Shown: positions 1 to 13,270 of the stretch, one piece after another
Position numbering within the stretch: the stretch's first letter is position 1
How the letters are laid out: each line of letters begins with the position of its first letter
Source: Squalus acanthias
Lineage: Eukaryota
Length of the DNA stretch: 64,000 nt
Assembly (NCBI GenBank): GCA_030390025.1
Contig: CM059432.1
Location: 53,508,001-53,572,000, forward strand
Reading direction: 5' to 3'
Position numbers and translations under genes: made by a program
The notes under the pieces: model-generated
What the model was told of the DNA's origin: nothing
What the model saw: the letters and a program-made list of their open reading frames with translations, nothing else
Databases searched by the model: none

Positions 1-2499
1 AAAAGACTTCTCAACACTTTGTCTTATTTCTTTACCTTTAAAGTAGGATATGGTCACATGATGGTGAACTTGTTTTAAAACTGGGAGAAGCTTTCCAATG
101 TTCACTAGTCCAAGTTAGATTGTAAACGCATGTATAAAGAATGCGGCTACAATTTCATAATAAGTAACAAGTAGCTTTTGGTAGGGGCACTGAGATTTAG
201 TGAATGAAATCAAGTAAAGTTGTACCATCTGAAAGTTGAGGAAGTACTGAATTCAGTAATTTTATCAAATGCAATTTTAAATAAAAACTTTTCTACATTC
301 CCCCCTCCCTTTTTCTGAAGGCACTGACTCTTGAATGGGGGAGATTGCACAGGGGCAAACAACCCTCCAGTACCTCGTCCAAGTGACCATTCTTCAAATG
401 TAAGCCTCGACATTCCATTTAATTTAGTCTATTATTCTAAAATACAGCAATTAAATCAAACCCGCTGACACTTTGTGGGGTATGGCAGTGATGATGTATA
501 TTGTGGGAGCTCTGTTGTGGATGTGAAATCTCCCAGATGGTTAATGCACTGGGTGTGAATTACTTCTCGTATTGTTTTACAGAACTGAAAGAGACCCAGT
601 GATATAGCAATTAGACTACAATTTTATGTTTATAATACAGGTTCACGTTGACATCTGGTCTGGAATGTATCACATGATTTAGTTACTTGACACATTGCTG
701 AGCAGTGACAATATCATGAACACCAGTATAATAAGCTATAGTATGAAATGCTAACAGTTAAATAGTAAACTACTTTCTTACATTTAGATGTTAAACATAA
801 TGCTTAAAAAATGTAAACGGTTCAAGCTGTCTGGCATTTTCTTAATCTTTACCAACTTCCTTTGCCGCGATATCTCCATCCGTTCTTCAATTTTCTTATA
901 AAATCTGTAATTCAATCAATAGAATTAATTTAATACGACTCTCCAACAATTGCAGCTGATTATTTTTTTAAACTTTTTTCTAAGAGTTTGGCAGATTGAT
1001 CGACCATGAAGTATCACAGCAGAGCCTAATCATGTCCTTATCCGAAGTGCACAGATATGCACTTTCAAGTAGAGATCACTGAGTGGTGATCAGGAGCAGG
1101 AACTTGGCGGAATTTCCCCTCCCCTCACCGTAGCCCAGGGACATTGAGGACAATTGCAGCACTTGACTGCTGTCCCAGCCAAGATGAGTTAATTCAGAAC
1201 AAACTGGGAATTAAATAAGGGATCTTCCAGTTTAGTGGTCTGTAACTTGAGAAAAGCTTGTAACTTAAAGAAAATGTCATTTTTTAGCAGAATGTCAGGC
1301 GTTTGACCCTATATTCTTAATGAGTACAGTGTTAAAAGTGATAGGAACACTAACTATCACATTTCATACCAAAGGTGAAATTGCGTGACCTCAGATTGCT
1401 ATGGCCTGAATTAGAGCTAACTGGGATTGAGTGATCCAAAAGGTTTGATTTTAAATGTATTGCAAATACCATTTTATTTTATCATTTAAGTTTAAAAACA
1501 GATGCCAGAATGACAGTTTTCTCATGAAACATTTATTTATCCACTGAAAACAGACAGAAACAACAGGATTAATGTCATAACCAAGTGCACAAATAACAGT
1601 CTGAGGGGCCAAGACGTCCTCGTGGGTAAGATAATCGTTTCCCTGGCAACAGATAAGTGAGAAAGTTGATGTAGAGCCAGAGGAACCAATGAATGTCCTG
1701 AGTCCATAAAGGGTCCACAAATAAATAAATAGAAGGAAAACAAAGTAAAATGATACAATGAACTTCTGTTATTGGATAACAATTGCTGTTCTTTCAACAA
1801 CCAATGACCGACAGAGCCTGTCTATTGACTATGCCTTATTTCAGAAACACCTTCCTCTAACTGTGCATGATTGTATTGCTACATATTTTTATGAAGGTAG
1901 AGGTTATGGCACACTAAAACTGACAGGGGTCATTTTGACTTTGTGAGATAGTGTAAAACAGGTGATAACGAATTGGCAGCCTGTTTTACATCTCTCTCAA
2001 CTTTTATTTCCATTGAAGCCAGGGCCAGGTGAGGTGGCAGGGTGGGGGAGGTGCGGGGGGGGGGCGCGGTGGGAGATCGGGGGTTAGGGATCTAAGTGGT
2101 GGGCGTGACGGCGATCAGTATTGTCCTATAATGTGGGGCTCGGGAAGAGCACTCCTGCCCTTGAGAAGGTAACCGTGGGCTTTCTTTTTGCAGTCCATAT
2201 GGTGAAGGTACTGCCACACTGCTGGTAGGTAGGGAGTTCCAGGATTTTGACCCAGCGACGAAGGAAAGGCAATATATGTGCAAGTGGGATGGTTTGTGAC
2301 TTGGAGGAGGGGAGCTTGGAGGTGATGGTGTCCCCATGCACCTGTTTCCCTTCTCCTTATAGGTGTTGGGGGGATCACAGGCTGTCCTCCTGGGTTATCA
2401 CTACTTCCTGGGACTGCCTGGTGGAAGGTGGAGGTAGGCCCCAAGTAGTGGTGATAACTGCCACAAAGTCTACGAGAGGCCTCTTCTCCCTCAATTTCA

Positions 2500-2788
2500 G
2501 CCCCAGCAGAAGGTGTAAATGGGAATATCAGAATCATCGGCATCGGCTGCCGTCTGAAAAAATGGGGACAGAGGTTATGATCTGAAATTGTTGAACTCAC
2601 TGATCAGTCTGGAAGGTTGTAAACCTCTAGACCTATCTTTTGCTTCTTTACTTGTCCCATTACCATCTCCTTTCACCTTACATCATCACCCCTTTTGTCA
2701 TTTAATCTCTCCTGCCTTCCACCCTATCTCAGACCTTCCCTTTTGCTCTTTCCTCCCCTCCCCCTTTCCCTGCCTCTGTACTTGCTTA
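2500..2788. mobile_element. Penelope-like element fragment, left part, split by a CR1 insertion
   Basis: The minus strand near 2575-2620 reads LQPSRLISEFNNFRS*, resembling a PLE endonuclease C-terminus. The sequence resumes at ~7250 after a near-repeat of TACT(T/C)GCTTA. Confidence 0.5.
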
Positions 2789-5700
2789 CATAGTATTACA
2801 TAGGATATACAACACAGAATCAGGCCATTCGGCCCAACCAGTCCATGCCAGCGTTTATGCTCCACTCATGCCTCCTCTCGTCTTTCCTCATCTAACTCTA
2901 TCAGCATAACCCTCTATTCCCTTCTCCCTCATATGCTTATCTAGCCTCCCCTTAAATGCATCTATACTATTCACTTCAACCACTCCCTGTGGTAGCGAGT
3001 TCCACATTCTCACCACTCTCTGGGTAAAGAAGTTTCTTCTGAATTCCCTATTTGATTTCTTGGTGACTATCTTGTATTGATGGCCTCTAGTTTTGCTCTT
3101 CCCCACAAGTGGTATCTACTCTATCAAAACCTTACATAATTTTAAAGACCTCTATTAGGTCACCCCTCAGCCTTCTCTTTTGAAGAGAAAAGAGACCCAG
3201 CCTGTTCATCCTTTCCTGATAGGTATAACCTCACATTTCTGGTATCGTCCTTGTAAATCTTTTTTGCACCCTCTCCAGTGCCTCTATATCCTTTTTATAA
3301 TATGGTGACCAGAATTGTACGCAGTACCCTAAGTGTAGCCTAACCAAGGTTCGATACAAGTTCAGCATAACTTCTCTACTTTTCAATTCTATACCTCTAG
3401 AAATAAACCCTAGTGCTTGGTTTGCTTTTTTATGGCCTTGTTAACCTGTGTCGCAACTTTTAATGATTTGTGTATTTGTACTCCTAGATTCCTTTGCTCT
3501 TCTACCCCATTTAGATTCGTATTTTCCAAGTAATATGTGACCTCCCTATTTTTCTTACCAAAATGTAATACCTCACCTTTATCTGTGTTTAATGTCATTT
3601 GCCAATTATATGCCCATTCTGCAAGTTTATTAATGTCTTCCTGTAATTTGTTGCAGTCCTCCTCAGTATTGACTATCCCCCCCCCCAATTTGGTGTCATC
3701 CACAAATTTAGAAATTGTATTTTTGATTCCAAAGTCTAAATCGTTATTATAAATCGTGAACAACAGTGGTCCCAGCATTGCTCCTTGTGGAACACCACTT
3801 CCCACCTTCTGCCACTCTGACTACCCTTTGCCCCTACTCTTGTAAGTCTTTCTCTTACTACTGTTCGGACCTCAAGAATTACAAATAAGCGTAACAATGA
3901 CAGATAAGTATGTGATCAATAAAATTGGTCTTTATTCACACTACAGTTCAAAATTCAAGTGTACATTGCAATCAATATGCACCCAATTTACCATACATTA
4001 AAGTACTACCCAGCAGCTTATACGCTAACTCCTGGCGATTTATATCCCAAGTCAACTGTACATAAAAGTACCCTTTAACAATATCTAAGCTCTATGTCCG
4101 ACTTTCATACATACTCCTTTATCTCTGTGTGATCAGTCCAGAAAAGTCGTAAGTCGCAAACATAGACTGGCCAGCTTTCTTTGTTCCTCTGTTCTTCCAT
4201 CTTTCTGAACTTCCAGCCTCTGGGTCATTTCTTTTATAGGGTCTTTCTGCTGACCTCTCTCGTATACCACCATCTGCCTCCCTCTGATAGGTCAGTTTCA
4301 CTCCAAACCATCCCTGATTGGAGTTCCTTCCACATGACACGTTCATGTTCCTGTGATGTGTGTGGGGGAGGGACTTCCTCTTCACTCAGTGTCTCCTTCC
4401 TGTCCATGTGGCCTCACAAACAAAGGACGATATGCTGACCACCAGGCAAAGGACCCCCTGCTGACTTCCGCCATTTTGTGTCTTCACAAACAAAGAACAC
4501 ATGCTGACTTCCTACATTTTGAGTATTCTGTAACCATTTCACAATTCGTTCTGAACTTCGATCTCCACACGGTAGCAGTGGTTTTATTACAGTTTTTAGA
4601 ATCTTACAGTCACTTTCCACCTTCTGCCACTCTGAATACCTACCCTTTACCCCTACTCTCTGCTTTCTGTCTTGAAGCCAGCTAGCTATCTATTCTGCTA
4701 CTTCTCCCTTGACTCCGCATTCTCTGACCTTATTCATTAGTCTATTATGTGGTACCTTATCGAAGGCCTTTTGAAAATCTAGATAAATTACATCTGCTGC
4801 ATTACACTTGTTTACTCTCTCTGTTACCGCTTCAAAAAATTCAGTGAGGTTGGTCAAGCAAGTCTTTCCCCTTTGAAATCCATGCTGACTATTCATTATG
4901 ATATTTTTGATTTCTAGATGTTCTTCTATTTTCACCTTTAGCAGGGATTCCATTATTTGTCCTACCACCAATGTTAAGCTGACTGGTCTATAGCTCCCTG
5001 GACATGTTCTATCTCCCTTCTTAAATATCGGTATTATTTTAGCTATCCACCAGTCCTCTGGCACTATACCTTTTTCTAATGAATTATTAAATATGTGTAG
5101 TAATGCCTCTACTATCTGTTCCCTAGATTCTTTTAAAATGAGTGGATGCAATCCATCTGGACCAGGGGTTTTATCCTCTTTGAGTTTTATTAGTTTACTT
5201 AATATTTCTCCTTTTTTAATTTTAAATGCAGTTATCTCATTTCTAATCTCATTATCCGATGTCATGTCCACCTGCTCTGTCTCCCTGGTAAATACTGAAG
5301 CAAAGTAATTATTTAATATTTCTGCCAACTCTCTATTGCTGCCTGTGGTATTATCCTGTCCATCCCTTAGTGGCCCTATTTCCATCCTGACCTTCCTTTT
5401 TTAATTTATCTGCCTGTAAAATATTTTACTATTTTGTTTTATGTTCCTTGATAATTTAATTTCATAGTTCCTCTTTGCCTTCCTAATTGTTTTTTTTTGA
5501 CTTCTCTCCTAATCTCTTCATATTCTCCCTTGTCATGCTCTCCCCTGCTGTCCATGTACTTAGTGTATGCCTCTTTCCTTACCCTCAATGGCTTTATTCA
5601 TCCATGGTATCTCATTAGTATTTAGCTTGTTCTTGTTTTTTAGCGGAATATATTTTTCCTGGACTCTGTTGAGCACCGTTTTAAATGTTTCCCATTGCTG

Positions 5701-7250
5701 TTCTACATCATTGTTTGCCAATATTGTTGCCCATTTTATTTTCCTCAAGTTCTATTCTCATCCCCTCAAAATTGGCTTTTTTCCAATCTATTATCCTGGT
5801 CTTTGTCATACTTATGTTCTTCTCAATTATTAAAACATATTATATTATGGCCACTATTGCTTAGATGTTCCCCTACTTTTACTTCTTTTATCTGCTCTGG
5901 TTCATTCCCTATTACTAGATCCAATAGCGAATCCTCCCTTGTTGGGCTTCTTACATATTGGGTTAGAAAGGAGTCCTGTACACATTGTAGGAACTCCATT
6001 CCCTTACCCCCTTTACCTACCCCTTCTGTCCAATTAGTATTGGGGTAGTTAAAATCCCCCATGATTATTATTCTATGTTTTTTACTCATTTCCTTAATTT
6101 TTTTGCATATTTCTTCCTCTACCTCCCTTCCACTATTAGGTGGTTTGTAGACTACCCCTATTGTGATTGATTCTTTATTATCTTTTATCTCTATTCACAT
6201 GGATTCTATTTCTGTCTTGCTGATAGCTGTGTCACTTTTTTCTACTGCCATTATGTTATCTCTAATAAGTACAGCTACTCCACCTCCACTTTTTCCCTCT
6301 CTATCTTTTCTAAATATGTTATACCCTACAATGTTTAATTCCCAGTCCTGATTTTTCTGTAGCCATGTCTCAGTAATCCCTACTATGCCTGGTTCCTCGC
6401 AATGTATTATTGCCTCCAGCTTCCCTTGTTTTATTATGGACACCGTATGCATTGCTTTACAGACAGTTTAACTCATTTTTAATAGCAGTTCCTCTCACTT
6501 TATTTTTAACTACCTTTTTACACTCCTGTTGTATAACTCTATTTATTCCCTGGCCATCAATGTCCTCCCTTACTTTATTCTTTCCTATGCTCTCCTTTCC
6601 TGTTTTGTTTATATTTAGGCTGGTTTCATTTCTTGTAGATCCCTCCCCCCGTTTTACTAGTTTAAAGCCTTTGCCACCTCTCTATTTACCCTTCCCGATT
6701 CAGGTGGAGCCCATCCCATCCTTCCTGTCCCATTACTGGTGCCAGTGTCCCATGAAAAGGAACCCCTCTTTCCCACATCAGCCCTTTAGCCACGTGTTAA
6801 TTCTTCTGATCTGACTGTTTCTATGCAAATTTGCACGTGGCTTGGGCAATAATCCAGAGATTATTACCCTCGAGGTCCTGCTTTTTAATTTAGCTCCTAC
6901 CTCCTGACACTCCCTCAGCAGTCCCTGTTCCTACCTATGTCATTTGTTCAGACATGGACCATGACAACTGGATTTTCTCCCTCCCTTTCCAAATTCCTCT
7001 CCATCCATCATGAGATGTCCCTTACCCTGGCACCGGGTAGGCAACACACCCTTTGGGATTCTCGTTCATGGCTGCAGAGGACACTATCTATCCCCCTAAT
7101 TATAGAATCCCCTATCACTACCACACTTCTATTCTGCTCTTCCCCCGCCCCCCCCCCCCCCCCCTTGGACAAGCCATGGTGCCTTGGTCTGCATTGTGGT
7201 TGTCCTCCCTGCAGTCTTTCCCCTTGTCCTCACAGGTAGCGAGTACATCA
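2789..7250 (-). mobile_element. CR1 LINE, long degenerate copy (ORF1 3' part, APE, RT, 3' tail)
   Basis: APE motifs (GITETWL, IIMGDFNYP, LLDLVI) lie at 5823-6452. RT motifs include PGPDG, YRPVSLT, QHGF, YLDFQKAFDKV, GVPQG and KFVDDTKLG. The C-terminal FFTQRVVRMWNSLP is at 2888-3106. Multiple stops and frameshifts. Confidence 0.93.
3841..4608 (-). mobile_element. Probable solo LTR inserted into CR1 ORF2
   Basis: A 768-bp non-LINE block bounded by inverted termini TGTAAG...CTTACA, with AATAAA on the minus strand near 3930. CR1 RT sequence continues on both sides. Confidence 0.7.
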
Positions 7251-7386
7251 TACTCGCTTAAAATCTGTTACATCTCCAACCTTTTCCAGTTCTGACAAAA
7301 TGTCATTGACCTGAAATGTTAACTCTGTTTCTCTCTCCACAGATGCTGCCTGACCTGCTGAGTATTTCAAATATTTTCTGTTTTTA
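7251..7386 (+). mobile_element. Penelope-like terminal fragment with degenerate hammerhead motif
   Basis: AGTT-CTGACAA...GAAA-TGTT-AACT at 7288-7324 is followed by the same tail (CTCTCTCCACAGATGCT...) seen at 62300-62400. Confidence 0.6.
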
Positions 7387-7387
7387 T

Positions 7388-8301
7388 AGCCATATATCTA
7401 AGTTTGTTGATAACACTAAGTTAGGTGGCACAGTAAATAGTATAGATGGGAGAAGAAAGTTGCAAAGAGACATTGATAGATTAAGTGAATGGGAAAAATT
7501 GTGGCAGATGGAGTTCAATGTGGGAAAGTGTGAGGTCATCCACTTTGGACCTAAGAAAGATAGATCAGAGTATTTTCTAAATGGCAAGAAACTGGGAACT
7601 GTGGATGAGCAGAGAGATTTAGGTGTCCAAATACAGAAATCACTAGAAGCTAATGGGCAGGTACAAAATATAATTAAAAAGGCTAATGGAATGTTGGCCT
7701 TTCTCTCAAGTGGGCTGGAATACAAAGGGGTGTAAGTTATGTTACAGCTGTACAGAGCTCTGGTTAGACCCCATCTGGAGTAACTGCATTCAGATCTGGG
7801 CAGCGTACCTCAAGAAGGATATATTGGCCTTGGAGTGGGTGCAGCGCAGTTTCACCATAATGATACCGGGACTAAAAAGGTTAAATTATGAGAACAGATT
7901 GCATAGACTCGGCTTATATTACTTTGAATTGAAGTGTTTAAGATGTTTAAAGGATTTGATAGGGTAGATAGAGAGAAACTCTGCTCTTGTGGGAGAGTCC
8001 AGAACAAGGCGGTATAACCTTGACATTAGAGCTAGGCCATTCAGGGGTGATGTCAGAAAGCACTTCTTCACACAAAGTATAGTGGAAATCTGGAACTCTC
8101 TGTCTCTCCAAAAACCTGTTGAGGCTAGGTCGACTGAAAATTTCAAAACTGAGATTCATAAATTTTGTTAGTCAAGGGTATTAAGGGTTATGGAGCCAAG
8201 GCAGGTAGATGGAATTAATATACAGACCAGCCATGACCTAATTGAATGGTGGAACAGGCTCGGTGGGCTGGATGGCGTACTCCTGTTCCTACGTTCCTAT
8301 G
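7388..8301 (+). mobile_element. CR1 LINE 3' fragment
   Basis: ISKFVDNTKLGG, WQMEFNVGKCEVIHFG and FFTQSIVEIWNSL, plus a short-repeat 3' tail. Confidence 0.92.
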
Positions 8302-10150
8302 CTAGTAATGGCCCAATCTTCGGTGACTCTTCAATGGCTTGTTGTTCACACCACATCCGTTCCATTAAAATGTGGCCGGAGATCTAATAACTGAGGCGGC
8401 TTGAGTTCTGCCATTCAGGCGCAGGGACTGTACCCTGCACCCGCCCACCCCCCAAACACCCAAAAGCATGAGGCAGGACTCAAGCAGTGTACAGTGTTTA
8501 ACAGTTCATTGCACTGGTTAGATAAAACTAAGTGGGAAATTTTCAATGACTTCTGACATTTAATAATATAAAAAGAACCTAGACTTCAATGCAGGCTTAT
8601 TGAATTCTGCAAAGATGGTCTATACAAATGCAGCATGTTATTTGTCAAGGCTAACCCACGCTGTCCTTCACATTTAAGCTATAACAAAGAAAATATACAA
8701 AAAGTATGCCTTAAACTGCATGAAGTGTTTAGGCTTATAGCACAGCACCACTTAACTGTGTGGAGACTGAAGTTCCTTGGCCGGTTTTTGTTTATACATG
8801 TCTCCACAGCAATTCACATAACCCTGTCATATTGGCCTCTGTGTGCCCAGAGAGCAGTCTTGACTTTATTACGCAGAACAAAATGAGGAGAAAATGTGCC
8901 ATAACAAACATTAAAAACTTTATATGAATTATTGATATCTTCAATATAAAAGTAATTAGCTGATAAATAAACTTTGCTTGATTTTGTCAGGTCTGCCACC
9001 CCCTCCCAGTTCAATTAAACTTTCATTTGGAGATCACCTTTAAAATTCAATGATGCCGAGACAGTGCCTATGGTTGCCAGGTAACAGACTGTGCAATCCC
9101 TCTAATATAGAACTCTGAGTGTTTTGTTTTCCGAGAGTGCAGGTTTTTACTCAGGTCTCAGTCGCTTGTGACCCGTGACTCTCGCTGTTAATTGTCATTC
9201 CTGATTAATTCTGTTACAGAATGATGCTGTTCCTAATGTTGTAATGTTCCATGTTGGAAAGAAAACACAGAAAGTGGGAAACAAATGGGATTTAACAATT
9301 ATTCATTTTTAATGGGCTTATTTTTAAGCAAATTTATCGTCTCCTAGCCTTACATTTCCTACACCAGGTGATGTTCCCCAGCAAAGAAGGGAGGTATTTG
9401 ACAGGTTCCCAAACTTCTGTGAATGTCACTTGAGGTTTGGAAATGCAAAGGACAGTTGAAGTGATTCATTCTCCAGTTCCGGACTTTGGCGGCTGTAAGG
9501 AGTGCTGTGGAGCCGGGAGAAGCACTCCAGAGCAACCCAGGCATTTAGCTGGAAAGTTTTAGAAGGAAGCACTGGGTGTAGCATCCATCATAAGTGACGA
9601 AGAACAAATAGCAGTGGTAGCTGAAGAACAGCAAGCAGCTGGCCAGGGTCACAACCCAAGGTATTTCTCTGCTGTATGCACAAGAGATTACTGCCCTGCA
9701 GCCATTGATACAATATCATCTCTATCCCTTGAGGCCCGCAATATACTTTAGCAGTCTGCCACCATACTTGCTCTTCCCACTGAGGGAGTAGGTAGAAATA
9801 TTAATAGTTGAAGCAGTAAGTAAAGTACACATTATAGGGTCACCAAGGGTAGGCACTAGAAACAGTTTATGATGTATCACCAGACAGTTTTTGCTGGGAC
9901 TTCTGGTTTTTCCAGGTCCTCCTCCTCTTCTTCATTCTCTTCCTTCGTTACTGCTGCACCATCAGCCTCCTCTCTGCTTATTCCTCCTTGTATTGCAAAG
10001 TTATGCAATATGCAGCAGATGGTGATTATTTTGGATGCCTTTGCTAGATAGAGGAGCAAACCCACCTCAGCAGTCCAAACAGTGGAACCCTTGGATTAGC
10101 ATTTCAGTATTGTGGTCTATTATAATTCTCATTGAGTGATGTGACTCATT

Positions 10151-11062
10151 GGCCTTAATATTAACCCCCATACGATGGGCGGGAGAGGGTTAAAAATGTT
10201 TAAACGGGGATCGCGCCCCCAACCCACCGTGTATGCACCTGTTACCGTATACACGGCAGTGAGTTTCGTGTCGTGCAAGTGTCCTGCCCTTGGGAGGCGG
10301 GTCACTTTATTAGCATATTTAAATCAAGCTCCCACAGTGCAATTGGGAGCCTGATTAAATCTAACTGTTGCCGTGCGTGTTTCACTGGGCTCGGGAAACC
10401 TGGTAGTAAAAGGGATGCAGGAGCTGCCGGCTCAAGAAGTAAGTGCTCCCCCAGCCCCTCAAGGAAGCCTTCAGCCTCCTCCCTGCCACGATCACTTACA
10501 TCCTCGCTCCCAAGCCCCGACCTCTCGCTCCCTCCCTCCCATGATGCCCTCTCCAACCCCCCCCAGCCCCGATCTCTCACTCCCTCCCTCCCGCAGTGCC
10601 CTCTTCCCCCCAAGCCCCGACCTCTCGCTCCCTCCCTCCCGCAGTGCCCTCTTCCCCCCAAGCCCCGACCTCTCGCTCCCTCCCTCCTGCGATGCCCTCT
10701 TCCCCCCCAGCCCCAATCTCTCGTTCCCTCCCTCCCGCAATGCCCTCTTCCCCCCAAGCCCTGGTCTCTCGCTCCCTCCCTCCTGCGATGCCCTCTCCCC
10801 CAGCCCCCAGCAAGCCCCGGTCTCTCATTCCCTCCCCCTCCCGATTGCCCCATGGGACCCCGGCTGTGGCCTCCTTGCGTTGTTTTTCCCACCCAGCAGC
10901 TGGCCGGCCTGTCAATTTGGTCGTCTGCCAGGGGGCCAAGGATAGAAAGAATTAGAATGAGGTATTGCCATTAAATTCGGCATGACCTCTGCGTTCCCAG
11001 CCTTGCTGGGTTTTCCCCGCAATACTGCGCTCCCCTGCACCCTCCCCGTGAATATCGGGGCA
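10151..11062. mobile_element. Non-autonomous Harbinger-type element (MITE)
   Basis: Imperfect TIRs GGCCTTAATATTAAC / TGCCCCGATATTCAC and an ATT duplication at 10148-10150 and 11063-11065. Removing it restores the flanking transposase frame. Confidence 0.8.
10512..10810. repeat. 48-bp C-rich minisatellite, about 6 copies
   Basis: Unit approximately AGCCCCGACCTCTCGCTCCCTCCCTCCCGCAGTGCCCTCTTCCCCCCA; the ORF track shows 16-aa periodicity. Confidence 0.9.
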
Positions 11063-11373
11063 ATTGTATTTATGTTCTGCTGCTGTTCAAGAATTTCTCA
11101 GTTAGGTCATCAGCCATGGATGCAGAGAATAGCCCTGGTCTCCAAGCAGACATCCATCTTATTTATCTGAGTCTTTAAATAATGGGGCCAACGTGGATAA
11201 TGAAGGCATCTTAGGTGCTTCCTGGATTGCAGATATTTACTTGCATTACAATGTTTCTGTGGTCAGATACAACCTGAAGATCAGTGGGTTTTGTTAAGCT
11301 TGAGTAAATGATTAATCTTTGGTTAGTTCACTTTGAGGAACGAATAGAAAAATAGCAGTGTAATTTATACATT

Positions 11374-13122
11374 GGCCAGAATTTTCCGGGGTGTCACCGG
11401 GCAGGATCCGTGGCGGGTCGGGTGGGAAAGTGGTTTTTTTTGACAGCGGGTTGGGAACCCGCTATCAACCCGCCGCAACACGCCTTTCCCAATGTCGGGT
11501 CTGTCAGCGCTGAGCAGACCTGACAGGCAATGGCGGGCGACCCAATTAAACTCATTTAATGTACTTAACAGACGCTTAACAGGCTTTTTTAACTTACTTT
11601 TTAACTTTAACTTCATGGCCACGGGAACCATGCTGTTCGGGGACCACTTCTGCCAACCTGAGGCAGGAGTTCAATGGCCATTGCTCCAGCTGATAACTTG
11701 ACAGCTGCAAATGTACAGTAATAGCTCCCACCTGACAGATCATCACTTTCCTCAGCCACAAGCTGTTTCTCGGTCCATTTCCAGCACAGATTCTGCAGGC
11801 TTTCCACTTTCCACTCTCATCTCATTGGAAGAACTCTCTCACCATTGACAGAATGCTTCTGTCTTCTCTACTTCACCTGCCATCTATTCCATCAGCATGG
11901 GTGCCCTTTATACTGTCTCACCTTGGTCCTCAGAATCCGACCACGATCAGCCCCAACACCAGCAGCACCAGGCACACCAGCACCAACAACAACAACATCA
12001 ACCTTCTCTGCAATCACCTGATGCTGCACAGAACACAGGGCATCAGCACCCGACCACATTGCTGCCTGGGATACCAGGGATGGCCTCACCATGGCCAGAT
12101 TTACTTCACTTGACGTTGTACACCCTGGCTACCACATGATGCGCCAGGTTGGCACCACCCCACACTAACACCATAAAGCATCCCTACAATGTCCAAGCCA
12201 TTCCTTTCATACTCACCACCATTGCAGGGGGTACCGTTATGTCTCACCATTCACTGCAGCTCACTAAGTCACTTCCAAAGGTTCACACAAATCTGTCCAA
12301 GAATGGAAAGTGCTGAAAATAAAGGTTTCAATGTTTGATAGCACATTAACAGAAACATTAACATTGGATAAAACACCCAAGTGGCTACCCTTGCGTGTTG
12401 TTAGTTGGTATGATTGCACTAGGGTGAGGGTGAGTGTGAGGGGTGGCTAGTGAGATGGGGAAGTAATAATGTAGATATAGAGAGAGGGATGAGTGAAGGT
12501 GCAAGGTAAGTTGATGTGAGTAAGGATGTGCAGGAGTAGGGTAGGGAAGGCAGTGTGATGGGGAATGTGATGAGAGGCACAGCAGGATGCAGTTGAATGT
12601 GGCTTTGGACTAACATTTTGTGATCTAATGAGATCATTGAAAGATTTGCACCACTGCACCCAGGTCCTCCTGACGACATCCCTGCTTGTGACCTCCTTTG
12701 CAATGTGCAACCAGGCTGTGTTGATCTCCTGGGGAGGTCTCTTCCGCCCATCGGAAGGGAAGAGAACCTCCCTGCGTGCTGTGAGCATATGGAGGGAGTC
12801 ATGGGAGAACCTGGGTGCAGCCCTGCACCTCTGTGTAGTGATTGTCAGTGTTTGCAGCACTTCAATGCTGTAGAACACTGACAGCACAAACGTCAGAAGT
12901 AAGGTGGCCATGGTCCCTTTAAGGAAACCGGCTGATGACACGTCATGAATGATGTCACCAGACCCGCTTCCTCTAATTGGACCGGGAAACGCGCTGGGAG
13001 GTCTTAATAAGCCCTAGCAATGTAAATTAATTTTAGGCAGTGGGATGGAGCCAGCAGCCAGGACATGACCCGCCACCAACATCGCCTGCACCGGAACTGC
13101 CGAGGTGAGCAAAATCCTGGCC
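11374..13122. mobile_element. Internally deleted Harbinger
   Basis: TIRs GGCCAGAATTTT / GGCCAGGATTTT and TSD ATT. The Gln-rich transposase N-terminus (11897+) is fused to its C-terminus. A Myb/SANT exon lies on the minus strand (APRFS...REVLFPSDGRKRPP...RRTWVQWCKSFNDL). Confidence 0.88.
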
Positions 13123-13270
13123 ATTAAAATTGTTTAGACCTAGTTAACAGCAATTATATAAATCACCTTATATCTAAGAAGATTTTTTTAAGTTTCTAAT
13201 TAGAATGGAGGACAGCTGCAACCTGTAGCCTGCAATTCCTGTGCTATGTGGGAACTTCAGGACACGTCAT

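Larger units (their letters stand above)
9860..11290 (-). pseudogene. Degenerate PIF/Harbinger transposase, interrupted by a MITE
   Basis: The minus strand gives LQVVSDH...GCLLGDQGYSLHPWLMT...KYN, then the insert, then ESHHSMRII...ITICCILHNF followed by an acidic run. Confidence 0.8.

Noticed and set aside
10273..10974. Pro-rich and Gly/Arg-rich ORFs (also 56023-56660)
   Set aside because: Stop-free frames arise from GC-rich tandem repeats open on both strands.
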